A DNA stretch of 50,624 nt from a virus (IMGVR_UViG_3300030392_002118:1-50624), one strand, 5' to 3'. Positions 27,120-36,031 are shown, numbered from the stretch's first letter. Notes: generated from the letters alone by a model not told the origin. Numbers and translations: made by a program.

Positions 27120-27532
27120 AATTGCCGCTTTGGTTCGGGTTTAGGAATTTTAAAAGCTTTTTCAAACATTCCGTATAATCGTTGATCGGAATGTTCGATT
27201 TCAGTTACTGGAGTAAATTCAAATTTTAAATTTGGGTTTCGCCCTTCAAAAAAGCCAATGATTCTACCCATTACATAACCATTGTATAATAACAAAAAAT
27301 CAAAAACATTTGATGATTCATCAATGTAATATTCTCCAATTTTATCTTGATCAAAATTCGGGATATATAGAGAAACAACTTGTTTCACAAAATTATTTTT
27401 TCCTTCAATCATGATATGGCGAAGTATTGCTTTTTCTTTACAATAATCTATCCAGGATTCTTCAATCCTTTTTAGTTTCTTCTCGGTAAGCCCGGGAATG
27501 TCAATTTGAACAGGGAAAATTTTCTTTGTCAT
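27116..27532 (-). CDS. Hypothetical protein (AT-rich accessory)
   Basis: Own -7 box TATCTTTG at 27537-27544 (minus). Confidence 0.7.
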   Translation of the reverse strand: MTKKIFPVQIDIPGLTEKKLKRIEESWIDYCKEKAILRHIMIEGKNNFVKQVVSLYIPNFDQDKIGEYYIDESSNVFDFLLLYNGYVMGRIIGFFEGRNPNLKFEFTPVTEIEHSDQRLYGMFEKAFKIPKPEPKRQL

Positions 27533-27612
27533 AAATCAAAGATAATCAAAAATTTGTACGCACAATTGTAATGAAAATGTAACAGATGTGCGCATATTTT
27601 GTATTTTTGGGT

Positions 27613-27972
27613 ATGGCAGAAAAGAAAAATCTTCAAAAAATATTCGATTGCTTCAGCGATTGCGAAACAAATGGAGGTATCAATACTGATGATCCCAGAT
27701 TTATGTATAAAGTAATGTCTTTTAATGCTTTTAAGAGAGCGTTATTTGTGATTGAAATTGATGATTTTATAAAAAAGCTACCTAAAAATAATCCTGCTGA
27801 TGTTATGGTTCTTCCGGAAGATTATTACAATGCGCTTTCAAAATTTGCTGAAGGGGAATATTACAAAGGATTTGAATTAGTTTTGGAAAAGAATTTGCCT
27901 GAGGGGAATTTCTTTTTAACTTCTGGAGAGAATTATACAAATTCTAAAACTCACTACGAAAAATATAAATAA
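27613..27972 (+). CDS. Hypothetical protein
   Basis: ATG 27613 after -7 box TATTTTTG (27602-27609). Confidence 0.65.
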   Translation: MAEKKNLQKIFDCFSDCETNGGINTDDPRFMYKVMSFNAFKRALFVIEIDDFIKKLPKNNPADVMVLPEDYYNALSKFAEGEYYKGFELVLEKNLPEGNFFLTSGENYTNSKTHYEKYK

Positions 27973-28008
27973 AAAACGCCTTACGATTGCAGCGTAAGGC
28001 GTTCACGG
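27970..28008. terminator. Terminator hairpin, copy 1 of a 39-bp direct repeat
   Basis: AACGCCTTACG-ATTGCAG-CGTAAGGCGTT with a T tract on the minus strand. Confidence 0.85.
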
Positions 28009-28009
28009 T

Positions 28010-28318
28010 TTAGTTTTTAGGAAGTTTATCCGGCCGTCTGCCCAGCTGCTCCATCGCGTCCTCAAACCATTTATTAGTTTCTGCGCTTTCATCGCGGGAT
28101 TCAAAAAAAATGTTTAGCTGGAGCGCGTGTATGATCGCTAAGACCACATCAAACTTCACGCAAAATTCAAGTTCAAAAAACCTTTTGATCGTGGAGCTGT
28201 GTACGCCTATTTTCTCGGCCAGCTGTGTGCGGTTCATTCCTTGGGCTTCCATAGCATTTTCAAGGAAAAGGGCGAACGCCTTCCAGTGTTCGCCCTGTTG
28301 TTGGTTTTGTTTAGTCAT
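28010..28318 (-). CDS. XRE-family HTH regulator
   Basis: GMNRTQLAEKIGVHSSTIKRFF. Confidence 0.85.
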   Translation of the reverse strand: MTKQNQQQGEHWKAFALFLENAMEAQGMNRTQLAEKIGVHSSTIKRFFELEFCVKFDVVLAIIHALQLNIFFESRDESAETNKWFEDAMEQLGRRPDKLPKN

Positions 28319-28580
28319 TTATTCTTGCATTTGAAGCGTCATAAGATAAAGAAGACCCTCTTTGATAGCTAATTCCGCCTTGTTTGTAATAATCAACTTC
28401 ATCATTTTTCAAAGTTTGAAAAGCTTCGCTTAATGCTTTAACGGCCTTACCTTTTGTAGGGAAGATAATTTCGTAATTGTTGAAGTTTAATTTTTTTGTT
28501 TCACTTTCAAATGTAGAGATAGCATTGTGAAGTGTGAGGTTTCCTGAAATTTGACCAGAAATAATAATTGAAGTTTTCAT
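28311..28580 (-). CDS. 89-aa hypothetical protein upstream of the HTH gene
   Basis: ATG 28580 (MKTSIIISGQ) downstream of a canonical promoter. Confidence 0.7.
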   Translation of the reverse strand: MKTSIIISGQISGNLTLHNAISTFESETKKLNFNNYEIIFPTKGKAVKALSEAFQTLKNDEVDYYKQGGISYQRGSSLSYDASNARIND

Positions 28581-28636
28581 AATAATTGTTGCCGTATTGT
28601 GCTGTTGCCGCCAGCTCTTATGATTAATTTGTTTAC

Positions 28637-28667
28637 CAAAGATAATATATTTTTGCGTGTACGCAAA
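28637..28667 (-). promoter_or_regulatory. Canonical promoter with palindromic operator
   Basis: Minus-strand TTTG-N19-TATCTTTG; IR TTTGCGT-GT-ACGCAAA at 28652-28667. Confidence 0.75.
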
Positions 28668-28696
28668 TAAATTAAGAAACTTTAACACTTTTATTT

Positions 28697-28735
28697 TAAA
28701 AAACGCCTTACGATTGCAGCGTAAGGCGTTTACGG
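28697..28735. terminator. Terminator hairpin, copy 2 of the 39-bp direct repeat
   Basis: 38/39 identical to 27970..28008. Confidence 0.85.
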
Positions 28736-28755
28736 AAAACAACTAAAAGGAGATC

Positions 28756-29409
28756 TTAATCTCCTTCGTTGATTTTATAGACGAATGGTGTTTTTGTTTT
28801 CCAGTAGTCGTGGTTAATGATATAGCTGTTATAGGGTTTCTCCATTGTAATGGTGTTTTGATGGTACACTTCTGCTTTAATGCCGTGCATCGCCAAGTTA
28901 ATGCAGGTCATTTTTACACATATATGGTCCAGGTCTTGGGCTACATAGTAGTTTCCTGGTGCATAGTTGTGGGAGGCTAAAATTAAACGGCCACTGCCAC
29001 AACAGGGATCATTTATATTTTTGCCGAAATCCTTTTCCAGTGTCATCATTGCCATTAAATCGCATACACTTTGAGGGGTGAAGAATTGCCCTAGGCCACT
29101 TTTTTTATAGTTGCCGGCAATGGCTTCATAAAAAGAGCCGAGAGGGTCTGTCCATTCGCCCGCTCTGCGGGCGTTTTCATAAATAATGAACAAACTGCCC
29201 AGCATTTTGGGAAATCTATTTATCTCGTCTTCGCTGTATTTTCTTATGGTACTGAGGTACCAGTCCTCTTGTGTTTGTCGTGCGAGCACGCAAATAACAA
29301 GGGTTAGAAAATCGTCGAAGACGCGCGCGGCATCGTGGCGCATTGCTATAAAGGAAAAGAGGGAATTAAATTCCCTCAAATCCTGTGGTATATCTCTTGT
29401 TTTAGGCAC
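28756..29409 (-). CDS. Truncated N6-DNA-methylase (HsdM-like) protein lacking the catalytic NPPY/F motif
   Basis: LGSFYE, GQFFTP and DPCCGSG present; the protein ends before any NPP(Y/F). Confidence 0.8.
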   Translation of the reverse strand: MPKTRDIPQDLREFNSLFSFIAMRHDAARVFDDFLTLVICVLARQTQEDWYLSTIRKYSEDEINRFPKMLGSLFIIYENARRAGEWTDPLGSFYEAIAGNYKKSGLGQFFTPQSVCDLMAMMTLEKDFGKNINDPCCGSGRLILASHNYAPGNYYVAQDLDHICVKMTCINLAMHGIKAEVYHQNTITMEKPYNSYIINHDYWKTKTPFVYKINEGD

Positions 29410-29773
29410 TTTCTTTCTTTTTTAATGGTTCTACCTGCGCATTGCTGAAAATGTAGGCTAAAGGGTAAAATTTAGATTTTTTGCCTTCCTCGTTTTCTTC
29501 TTGGGGGTCGGTTTCCTTTTTATCTCTTGGCTTCCCCCAAATGCAAAATGCCTTTTCTCCTTTCTTTACTGCAAATCCTGCTTTCATCCATCCTTTGAAA
29601 CTTTTAAATTCTTGGTGTGTTTCATTTGTATAGAAGTGATTTATCACGATTTCGTTAACGTTCCCTTCTTCCATTGTTTCGGTTTGAAGCATCATTTTTG
29701 CCACTTTTGAAATTTCCCTCAAGGCTTGGCGTTTCTTTTGTACTGCGGTTAATTCTTTGTTTTGTGTTTCCAT
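29402..29773 (-). CDS. ArdC N-terminal-like ssDNA-binding protein
   Basis: FKSFKGWMKAGFAVKKGEKAFCIW...YIFSNAQV. Confidence 0.75.
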   Translation of the reverse strand: METQNKELTAVQKKRQALREISKVAKMMLQTETMEEGNVNEIVINHFYTNETHQEFKSFKGWMKAGFAVKKGEKAFCIWGKPRDKKETDPQEENEEGKKSKFYPLAYIFSNAQVEPLKKKESA

Positions 29774-29938
29774 GATATATAATTTTGAAGTGTTGGAATT
29801 AAAGTTTTGAAGCGTGTATCGTTTCGCCTGTCGGCTAATTCCTTACCAATATTACACGTTAGGCGTTTTCAGGTTTTTGCTAACGGGGTGCATCCTCAAA
29901 AGCCGTTATACAAAATTCCTCCCCGACCACGTGTATTT

Positions 29939-30166
29939 TTAAAAAATGTACTCGTTAAAATCGTTGTGCTGTGGTTCTGCTTCGACCCGGAATTTATCCG
30001 CTATTGCTTGGGCTTTGTTAAATGCGTTTTTGCATTGCTCCTTAAAAAATTTGTAATCGTCATAATTGAAGATTGACGAAAAACCCTGTTTTTGTAGAAT
30101 ACTTTTAACTTGTTCGGAAAGTAAAAAAGGGTTAGTTTTACGGCTGTTCAATGTGTTGTTTTCCAT
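29939..30166 (-). CDS. Hypothetical protein
   Basis: 75 aa; ATCATGGAAA initiation context shared with its neighbours. Confidence 0.7.
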   Translation of the reverse strand: MENNTLNSRKTNPFLLSEQVKSILQKQGFSSIFNYDDYKFFKEQCKNAFNKAQAIADKFRVEAEPQHNDFNEYIF

Positions 30167-30233
30167 GATACTTTGAATGTGTTATAAAAACCCCTATCGC
30201 CCTGCAACGGCTTTAGGGGTTCTTTGATTAATA

Positions 30234-30674
30234 CTAGATTTGAAAATTTAAAATTTCCTTGTCTGTCTGCGTTTGAAGCGTTGAAAGTTCTTTTTCTACT
30301 ACGTCTAAAAGCATGTTAATGGTTACAGGGTTGCTAATTTTGAAGCGATAACCGCCACTTGTGGAAAATTCCATTTTGGCTTCTGTTCCGTCCTGGCTAA
30401 CTCTGAAACTCGTTAATTCATCGAGTTTCGTATCTATGCGGTTTTTCTTGTCGGCTAACTTGTTAAAGATTTCAAGTTTTTTAACTCTGCTTTCTGCAGT
30501 AGGGTTCAAAATTTGGTCAATGGTGGTTGTGGCTTTTTGCACAACTTCTTTTTTTGCATCTTCCTTTTTTGGTTCTCCTTGTGCTTGTGGCTTTTGCTCC
30601 GCTTTTGCGGTTGCGTTTTTAGCGGTTGCACTTTTCTTGTTGTTTGTGGCTTTCGCCTCTTTCAATTTTTCCAT
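30234..30674 (-). CDS. Hypothetical protein (K/A-rich N-terminus, coiled coil)
   Basis: First gene of the inverted operon. Confidence 0.75.
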   Translation of the reverse strand: MEKLKEAKATNNKKSATAKNATAKAEQKPQAQGEPKKEDAKKEVVQKATTTIDQILNPTAESRVKKLEIFNKLADKKNRIDTKLDELTSFRVSQDGTEAKMEFSTSGGYRFKISNPVTINMLLDVVEKELSTLQTQTDKEILNFQI

Positions 30675-30706
30675 GATGTATGGTTTTAAGGGTTATTATT
30701 ATAACT

Positions 30707-30739
30707 TAAAGATACGAAAAAAAGTCGGAAATTCCGACC
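30707..30739 (-). promoter_or_regulatory. Promoter of the inverted operon with operator GTCGGAA-A-TTCCGAC
   Basis: -7-like TATCTTTA (30707-30714, minus); palindrome 30724-30738. Confidence 0.65.
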
Positions 30740-31085
30740 TTTAAACACGCCAAAAGGCTATATTTTGCAGGGGTTTAGGCTAATTTTTACTAATTCTAAA
30801 TAACATATTTTTAAAGTAAAAAAACCTCAAAAACTCCCTTCCATTTAAAGCCTAAAAAAGTTAAAACACTGAAAATCAATAATTAAACCCTAAACAAAAA
30901 CCCGCATCGGGTTTTTGAAGCATCGCAGATACCGTTCCGCTCAATGGCGTTATTGCAATTGCATAAAGGCTTTTTTCTTAGATATATGACGAACGCCCAT
31001 AAACAAAGGCGTTCCACGCCCAACCACTTAGGTCTAAACCACTATAACCACATTCTTGGTTTTAGTGGTTATAACCATTTATTAC

Positions 31086-31122
31086 TTGTCACAATCAAGC
31101 CAACCATTATGTTATATAATTG
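31086..31122 (+). promoter_or_regulatory. Late promoter 4 (portal/neck)
   Basis: TTGTCACA-N21-TATAATTG. Confidence 0.75.
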
Positions 31123-31126
31123 TGGA

Positions 31127-31411
31127 ATGATTGCAATTGCACATTACGAAGCTTTAAAGCAAATGAGGAAGTTGTCTGAAAACAACATACCTTTTTCATT
31201 TTCATTTTTAGGATGCAACTTATCTACTCGCCAGAGCGATGGGTTCAAGGAAATTAAGAAAGCAAAGCTTCGGGTGGGGCTATCATCTGAGCACGGTATT
31301 AAATCTCGTAGCCTTATAGGCTATACCGATCTAGAAACAAACCAAGATCGTTGGTTCTACTTTCCGTTGCTTACCTCGTTTAACCAATATGAAATCAAAT
31401 GTTCGAAGTAG
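31127..31411 (+). CDS. Conserved hypothetical protein preceding the portal
   Basis: ATG 31127 just after late promoter 4. Confidence 0.65.
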   Translation: MIAIAHYEALKQMRKLSENNIPFSFSFLGCNLSTRQSDGFKEIKKAKLRVGLSSEHGIKSRSLIGYTDLETNQDRWFYFPLLTSFNQYEIKCSK

Positions 31412-32775
31412 AAATGTTCCGCGACAATGGCGGCTTAGTTACAACCAGTGAGGCTTCATTTACGTTTGAAGCTGTCGATAACCCTAGAGATCTAGATAAC
31501 AAGCGTAATGAAGGGAAATCATTTGATTGGACTTCTCAATCATACGAATTACAGGGTTATACAATTTTTCCTTACGGCAAGACAGATGATTTGCCTAGAG
31601 AAATAAGAGATGTTGTTCTTGATAACAACATAGCTCCCGGTATATTAAGGAAGAAAACACAGCTTCTCTGGGGAAAGGGTGGGCTTCTGTATACAGAGGA
31701 GTTTGATGAAAAAGGAAAACTATACAGGAAGTGGGTAAAGGATAATGAAATATCCGATTGGTTATACAGTTGGGACGCAGACACCTATATTACTAAAGCG
31801 TGTGTTGATTATGATTATGCTGAAGGGGTTGGCACTATGTTTAAGCTAAACAGAGGGCCACGTATTGGTGGTCGTCCATTTATAGCTGAATTGGAGCATA
31901 GAAACCTAATTGAGCATAGATTGGCTAAGGAGTCTTCTGATAAAGGAAAAAAAGCTACTCGTTGTATTTATACTCCTGATAATACAGATCCGCATACATT
32001 AGGAAATGAACATAGCGTTTATCCCCTATTTGATTTTAGAGATCCCTTCAAATATAAAAATGCTTACTTCTACAGTAGTATGTACTCCTTTTGTAGTGAG
32101 CACTATGCCATTCCTTCAATTTACGGTTCATTGAATTGGCTGCGTCGTTCTACGGCTGTCCCTTTAATACTGGAAGCATACATTAAAAATGGAATTAATG
32201 TAAAGTATCACGTTATTTCCCCTGCAAAGTTTTGGGAAAAAATGGAAGATGAATTAAAGGAAAAATGCAGGCTGGATAACAAAAAGTATGATGCGTCAAT
32301 GCTCCTTACCGAGAGGACTAAGTATTTACGAAAAGTAACTAAAGCTCTTTCGGGAGCAGATAACACAGGTAAGTTCTGGCATACAGTTAAGTATGTTGAA
32401 GTAGACGGAAACAACATTCTAGAGCACGGATGGGAGATAAAGGAGATACCAGGAAAGATTAAAGATTTAATAAATGGGAATCTTGAAATTGGAAGAGAAG
32501 CTAATCGTGCTACTGCTGCCGGTGTAGGTATGCACCCAGCATTAGGCGGAGCAGGTGAAAGTGGAAAGTCCGATTCCGGAAGCGAGCAGCTGTACGCGCT
32601 TAAAAACTATCTCATCACCGGTATTGATATTCCAGAAATGATAGTATGTAAAGCCTTAAACTATGCCATCAAAGCCAACTGGCCAGAAAAGGAAGTAAAA
32701 ATCGGCTTCTATCACATAGCCCCACAAAGGGAAGAAGACACAACAAGTAGCGATCGCGTTAAAAACAAAGTATAA
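31399..32775 (+). CDS. Portal protein
   Basis: 458 aa; PYG..DDLP N-terminus, GMHPALGG...SGSE C-terminal block; position and size. Confidence 0.72.
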   Translation: MFEVEMFRDNGGLVTTSEASFTFEAVDNPRDLDNKRNEGKSFDWTSQSYELQGYTIFPYGKTDDLPREIRDVVLDNNIAPGILRKKTQLLWGKGGLLYTEEFDEKGKLYRKWVKDNEISDWLYSWDADTYITKACVDYDYAEGVGTMFKLNRGPRIGGRPFIAELEHRNLIEHRLAKESSDKGKKATRCIYTPDNTDPHTLGNEHSVYPLFDFRDPFKYKNAYFYSSMYSFCSEHYAIPSIYGSLNWLRRSTAVPLILEAYIKNGINVKYHVISPAKFWEKMEDELKEKCRLDNKKYDASMLLTERTKYLRKVTKALSGADNTGKFWHTVKYVEVDGNNILEHGWEIKEIPGKIKDLINGNLEIGREANRATAAGVGMHPALGGAGESGKSDSGSEQLYALKNYLITGIDIPEMIVCKALNYAIKANWPEKEVKIGFYHIAPQREEDTTSSDRVKNKV

Positions 32776-33752
32776 TGAAACTACTATTTAACAAACCAGG
32801 AGCCGATTTTAGCAAAGAGTTCAAGGATGCCCTTGGGTTCGTGGATGCCGATTTCAAATTTCAGAAAATAAAGCCTGATCTTGTGAATGCCACTCAAGAG
32901 ATTGCCAGCTTCCTTGGCAATGCTACTTATTTGGAAATTGTAGCTACCTATGAGAGCAATTTTGATTACGAAACCACAGCTGGGCAGATCCTCCAGTTTG
33001 CACAAAACGCCATTGCCAATCTCGCTTACCGATATTTTGCTCCAAGCAATGACCTTCAGCACGGTACCAACGGCCGTAAGATGCTAACCAGTGAGGATAG
33101 CAAAACGCCATTTGAATATATGATTGTTGCTAGCAACGACGAAATGGAGCGCCGCTCCCATCGCGCGATGGACAATCTCATAAACCTATTGGATGAAAGT
33201 TCAAATACCTGGAAAGCTTCAACCAATTATAAAGAAACGCATCGCCAGTTCGTGCGCACGGTTAAGGAATTCAACCAATTCTATACCATCAATTCCCGCT
33301 ATCTATTGGAAAAACTTTCTCCAGGTATTGCCATGGCGGAAAAACGTATGATACTTCCGCGAATAGGAAAGACTGCATTTGATGCCCTAAAAACAAAAAG
33401 AAAAGAGAATACATCGCTTACTGAAGCTGAAGAAGCACTTCTTTTAATGATTCAGGAAGCCACCGTTTATGCCGCACTTGCTTGGGGCGTTATACGTCTG
33501 CAGGTAACATTGTTTCCAGACAGCATATCTCAAGCTGTGCGTGGTGATAGGGCTACGATTAAAGGTAGAATGCCATTAGTAAATAATGTTTTGGACCAGC
33601 TGGAGCAAAAGTTTAACCAGGATGCTGCACAGGTGCTATTGGATATCGAAGCCGCGGTTAAGGAACCGGATCCAGAACCAACTACCCAAAAAACCAACTG
33701 CCCCGAAGAAGACAAACACGGTTTTAGTACCGCTGATGGCTTCGTAACATAA
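32775..33752 (+). CDS. Head-tail adaptor-like protein (DUF6712-like)
   Basis: Follows the portal; internally duplicated helical halves. Confidence 0.55.
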   Translation: MKLLFNKPGADFSKEFKDALGFVDADFKFQKIKPDLVNATQEIASFLGNATYLEIVATYESNFDYETTAGQILQFAQNAIANLAYRYFAPSNDLQHGTNGRKMLTSEDSKTPFEYMIVASNDEMERRSHRAMDNLINLLDESSNTWKASTNYKETHRQFVRTVKEFNQFYTINSRYLLEKLSPGIAMAEKRMILPRIGKTAFDALKTKRKENTSLTEAEEALLLMIQEATVYAALAWGVIRLQVTLFPDSISQAVRGDRATIKGRMPLVNNVLDQLEQKFNQDAAQVLLDIEAAVKEPDPEPTTQKTNCPEEDKHGFSTADGFVT

Positions 33753-33779
33753 AAAAATCAACCTATAAGTTTACTTTCT

Positions 33780-34064
33780 ATGATAAAAAGAATAATCAAA
33801 TTTTTAAAGCGCCTTCGCCGTCGTTGGTTTTTGTCTCGCCAGGCAAAAGCAATGCAGCCTGTGGTTGAACAAATGATTGCAGATCGCAAAGCGTTGCGAG
33901 GGGACATTAACCAATTCCTCCCGAAATATTTTGGAGTAGATGCCAGGAGTAAATACATTCCGGCAGACTTCAAGAACAAGGAAGAAGTAAAGCTGGCTAT
34001 TTTGGACAAATTCAGTCCAAAAATGGAAGAACTGAATGTAACATATGAGCAGCTGTTCAAATGA
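33780..34064 (+). CDS. Hypothetical protein
   Basis: In operon; ATGA overlap downstream. Confidence 0.6.
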   Translation: MIKRIIKFLKRLRRRWFLSRQAKAMQPVVEQMIADRKALRGDINQFLPKYFGVDARSKYIPADFKNKEEVKLAILDKFSPKMEELNVTYEQLFK

Positions 34065-34963
34065 CAGATTTTCCCGAAATATTGCCCATACAAATACCTG
34101 AGCTAAACAAATGGCTCTATTTGCCATTGTGCTTGGATAAATTGGACCAACGCCAATACATTGCCTTTTTCGGCCTTGTGTACCGAATGGAAACCAAGGA
34201 AATTGACTATTATCAGTTTGCAACCTTGGCGGTGTATGAATTGCTTCAGCTAAAAAAAGGCGATCGTAAGTTACCGGGAGAGGAACTGGAGGAAGCAATG
34301 AGCAATATTGCGATGTTATCAGAATATATTGCGGCTTACTTCAATAGAAATGACAACGTAATTTCGTTAAAGCTGGAATATACTCGCAACTACATAGATT
34401 GCGTTACACTTCCCTTCAACAAAAAATACTATGGTCCATCCCAATGGTTTCGCGATGTTGATTTTGGTGAATATGAAGATGGATTGAACCGTTTCCTGCA
34501 GTATAATGAAACGCCTTGCCGTGAATTGCTCCAGGAACTAATGGCCACCTTCTACCGGGAAAAAAGAAACGGCAAGCGCTTTGGATATCTTTCTTCTGAA
34601 ATTGATAGTGCAGCACTTAGCTTCTCACAGGTTCCAATAGGTACGCTCTATGGCTTTTACTACAATTTTGCAATGTTCCATACCTATTTCAGCGGTTCAC
34701 AGGTGTACTACAATGGCCAAATCATTGATCTATCCATTTTGTTTACCAATCAACCATTAGATGAAGAAAGTGGCTATGAAAGCCCCTACCCTTCACTGGG
34801 CATTAAATCAACAGGAATTGAAATTGCCAAAACAGGTATTCTCGGCAATTTAGAACAAGTGCGCAGCACAAAGCTTTGGGAGGTGGCCCTACTACTTTAC
34901 GATATGCGAAAAAAAGATCTAGATGAGCGAGGTAGACAAAAAAATGCTAAAAAAGAAACATAA
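34061..34963 (+). CDS. Conserved hypothetical (tail-assembly-chaperone-like position)
   Basis: 300 aa; YYGP...FGEY motif. Confidence 0.6.
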   Translation: MTDFPEILPIQIPELNKWLYLPLCLDKLDQRQYIAFFGLVYRMETKEIDYYQFATLAVYELLQLKKGDRKLPGEELEEAMSNIAMLSEYIAAYFNRNDNVISLKLEYTRNYIDCVTLPFNKKYYGPSQWFRDVDFGEYEDGLNRFLQYNETPCRELLQELMATFYREKRNGKRFGYLSSEIDSAALSFSQVPIGTLYGFYYNFAMFHTYFSGSQVYYNGQIIDLSILFTNQPLDEESGYESPYPSLGIKSTGIEIAKTGILGNLEQVRSTKLWEVALLLYDMRKKDLDERGRQKNAKKET

Positions 34964-35415
34964 TGGCAGCAATACAGGATTTTAAGGATTATATGGACGA
35001 GATCCAGGCGCAAATTGCCGGAATCAATCTGAATAAGATGGTCACTTCAGAAAAGCAGCTATCGAAGTACATAAACGATCTCCAGCGAGACGACAATGCG
35101 CTTATGCTCGGCTTGATGCCCAATTTTGGAAACAACAGCCCACAAAGTGGCGATGGTTTCGGTTTGCGAGGCTTTACGGAACTGATGATCCTCGAAAAAA
35201 CGGATTTTTCAGATTTAACCGATGCTGAATACATAGCCCAGAGCGATCGCATATTTGCCATTGCCAATTTGGTTAAGGAAAAACTCTTGGCGGACCATTT
35301 GGACGGCGATTGCAATATTATGCGTTTTCTCGATCCCACCAGCATTCAGATTGTGGATGTGTACAACAATAGCCAGTGTAATGGTTGGACGGTTGTATTT
35401 ACATTTGATATTTAA
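34963..35415 (+). CDS. Tail terminator/completion-like protein
   Basis: 150-aa acidic protein ending NGWTVVFTF. Confidence 0.55.
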   Translation: MAAIQDFKDYMDEIQAQIAGINLNKMVTSEKQLSKYINDLQRDDNALMLGLMPNFGNNSPQSGDGFGLRGFTELMILEKTDFSDLTDAEYIAQSDRIFAIANLVKEKLLADHLDGDCNIMRFLDPTSIQIVDVYNNSQCNGWTVVFTFDI

Positions 35416-35439
35416 GTATAAAAGTCGTAAATTCCGACC
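35400..35439 (+). promoter_or_regulatory. Internal -7 box plus second copy of the GTCG(G/T)AAATTCCGAC operator
   Basis: TACATTTG 35400-35407; 35420-35439 matches 30720-30739 at 19/20. Confidence 0.65.
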
Positions 35440-35454
35440 ATAAAAAGGAAATTT

Positions 35455-35646
35455 ATGACACTCACGGATATCGATAAAGCAATTTCAAAAATTTTGGCGA
35501 GCGATGAGCTCCAAAAAAACGCTGGAATTGATAAAAGACTAAAATATGAATTGCTTAACCAGGATAAGCGAATTGTTTCCGTTTCAAAAAAACTGGAAAT
35601 ACTCTGGAAAGCCGGAATGCTAAAATTAACCGATGGCACAAAATGA
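35455..35646 (+). CDS. Small HTH-like regulator
   Basis: 63 aa; helical with VSVSKKLEILWKAG, resembling XRE C-terminal helices; operator immediately upstream. Confidence 0.55.
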   Translation: MTLTDIDKAISKILASDELQKNAGIDKRLKYELLNQDKRIVSVSKKLEILWKAGMLKLTDGTK

Positions 35647-35989
35647 TGATGTATTAAAAGGCCGTTTTATGTCACGAATTCTTCGTGAGGAGGGTCAAAA
35701 CATAGAGCAGGCAAAATTAAAGGAGGTTAGTAAATTTGCCAGCCGCAATAATTTTGCCGCACAATACACCAATGACGAAACTAAGTTGGTAATGCGCCAC
35801 CCCATTGCGCTGCGCTTTATTGATATGAAAACCCGAAATACTAAAGAGGGCAAGATCCGCAAAGTTTCACATCCGGTACATAACAAAATAGTAATGGGCC
35901 ACGCCAATAACATTGTACGCCGTGCTTCTTTTGAGTACACTTCAGCGATGAAAGAGACCCTTTTAAAGGATTTTCCACAAAACCTATAA
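35633..35989 (+). CDS. Neck/tail-completion-like basic protein
   Basis: 118 aa; LRFIDMK...HPVHNK. Confidence 0.6.
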   Translation: MAQNDDVLKGRFMSRILREEGQNIEQAKLKEVSKFASRNNFAAQYTNDETKLVMRHPIALRFIDMKTRNTKEGKIRKVSHPVHNKIVMGHANNIVRRASFEYTSAMKETLLKDFPQNL

Positions 35990-36031
35990 AGTTTTAAATA
36001 TATTGGGTAGTCATTTTTAAAACTAACCAAT

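Noticed and set aside
28581-28742. N-terminal extension of the 143-aa minus ORF
   Set aside because: Crosses the terminator repeat and the promoter; ATG 28580 fits better
28756-29409. Type I restriction-modification system
   Set aside because: No HsdR or HsdS nearby, and the catalytic motif IV is absent
30944-31126. N-terminal extension of the 155-aa ORF
   Set aside because: Spans non-coding repeats and late promoter 4; ATG 31127 fits better
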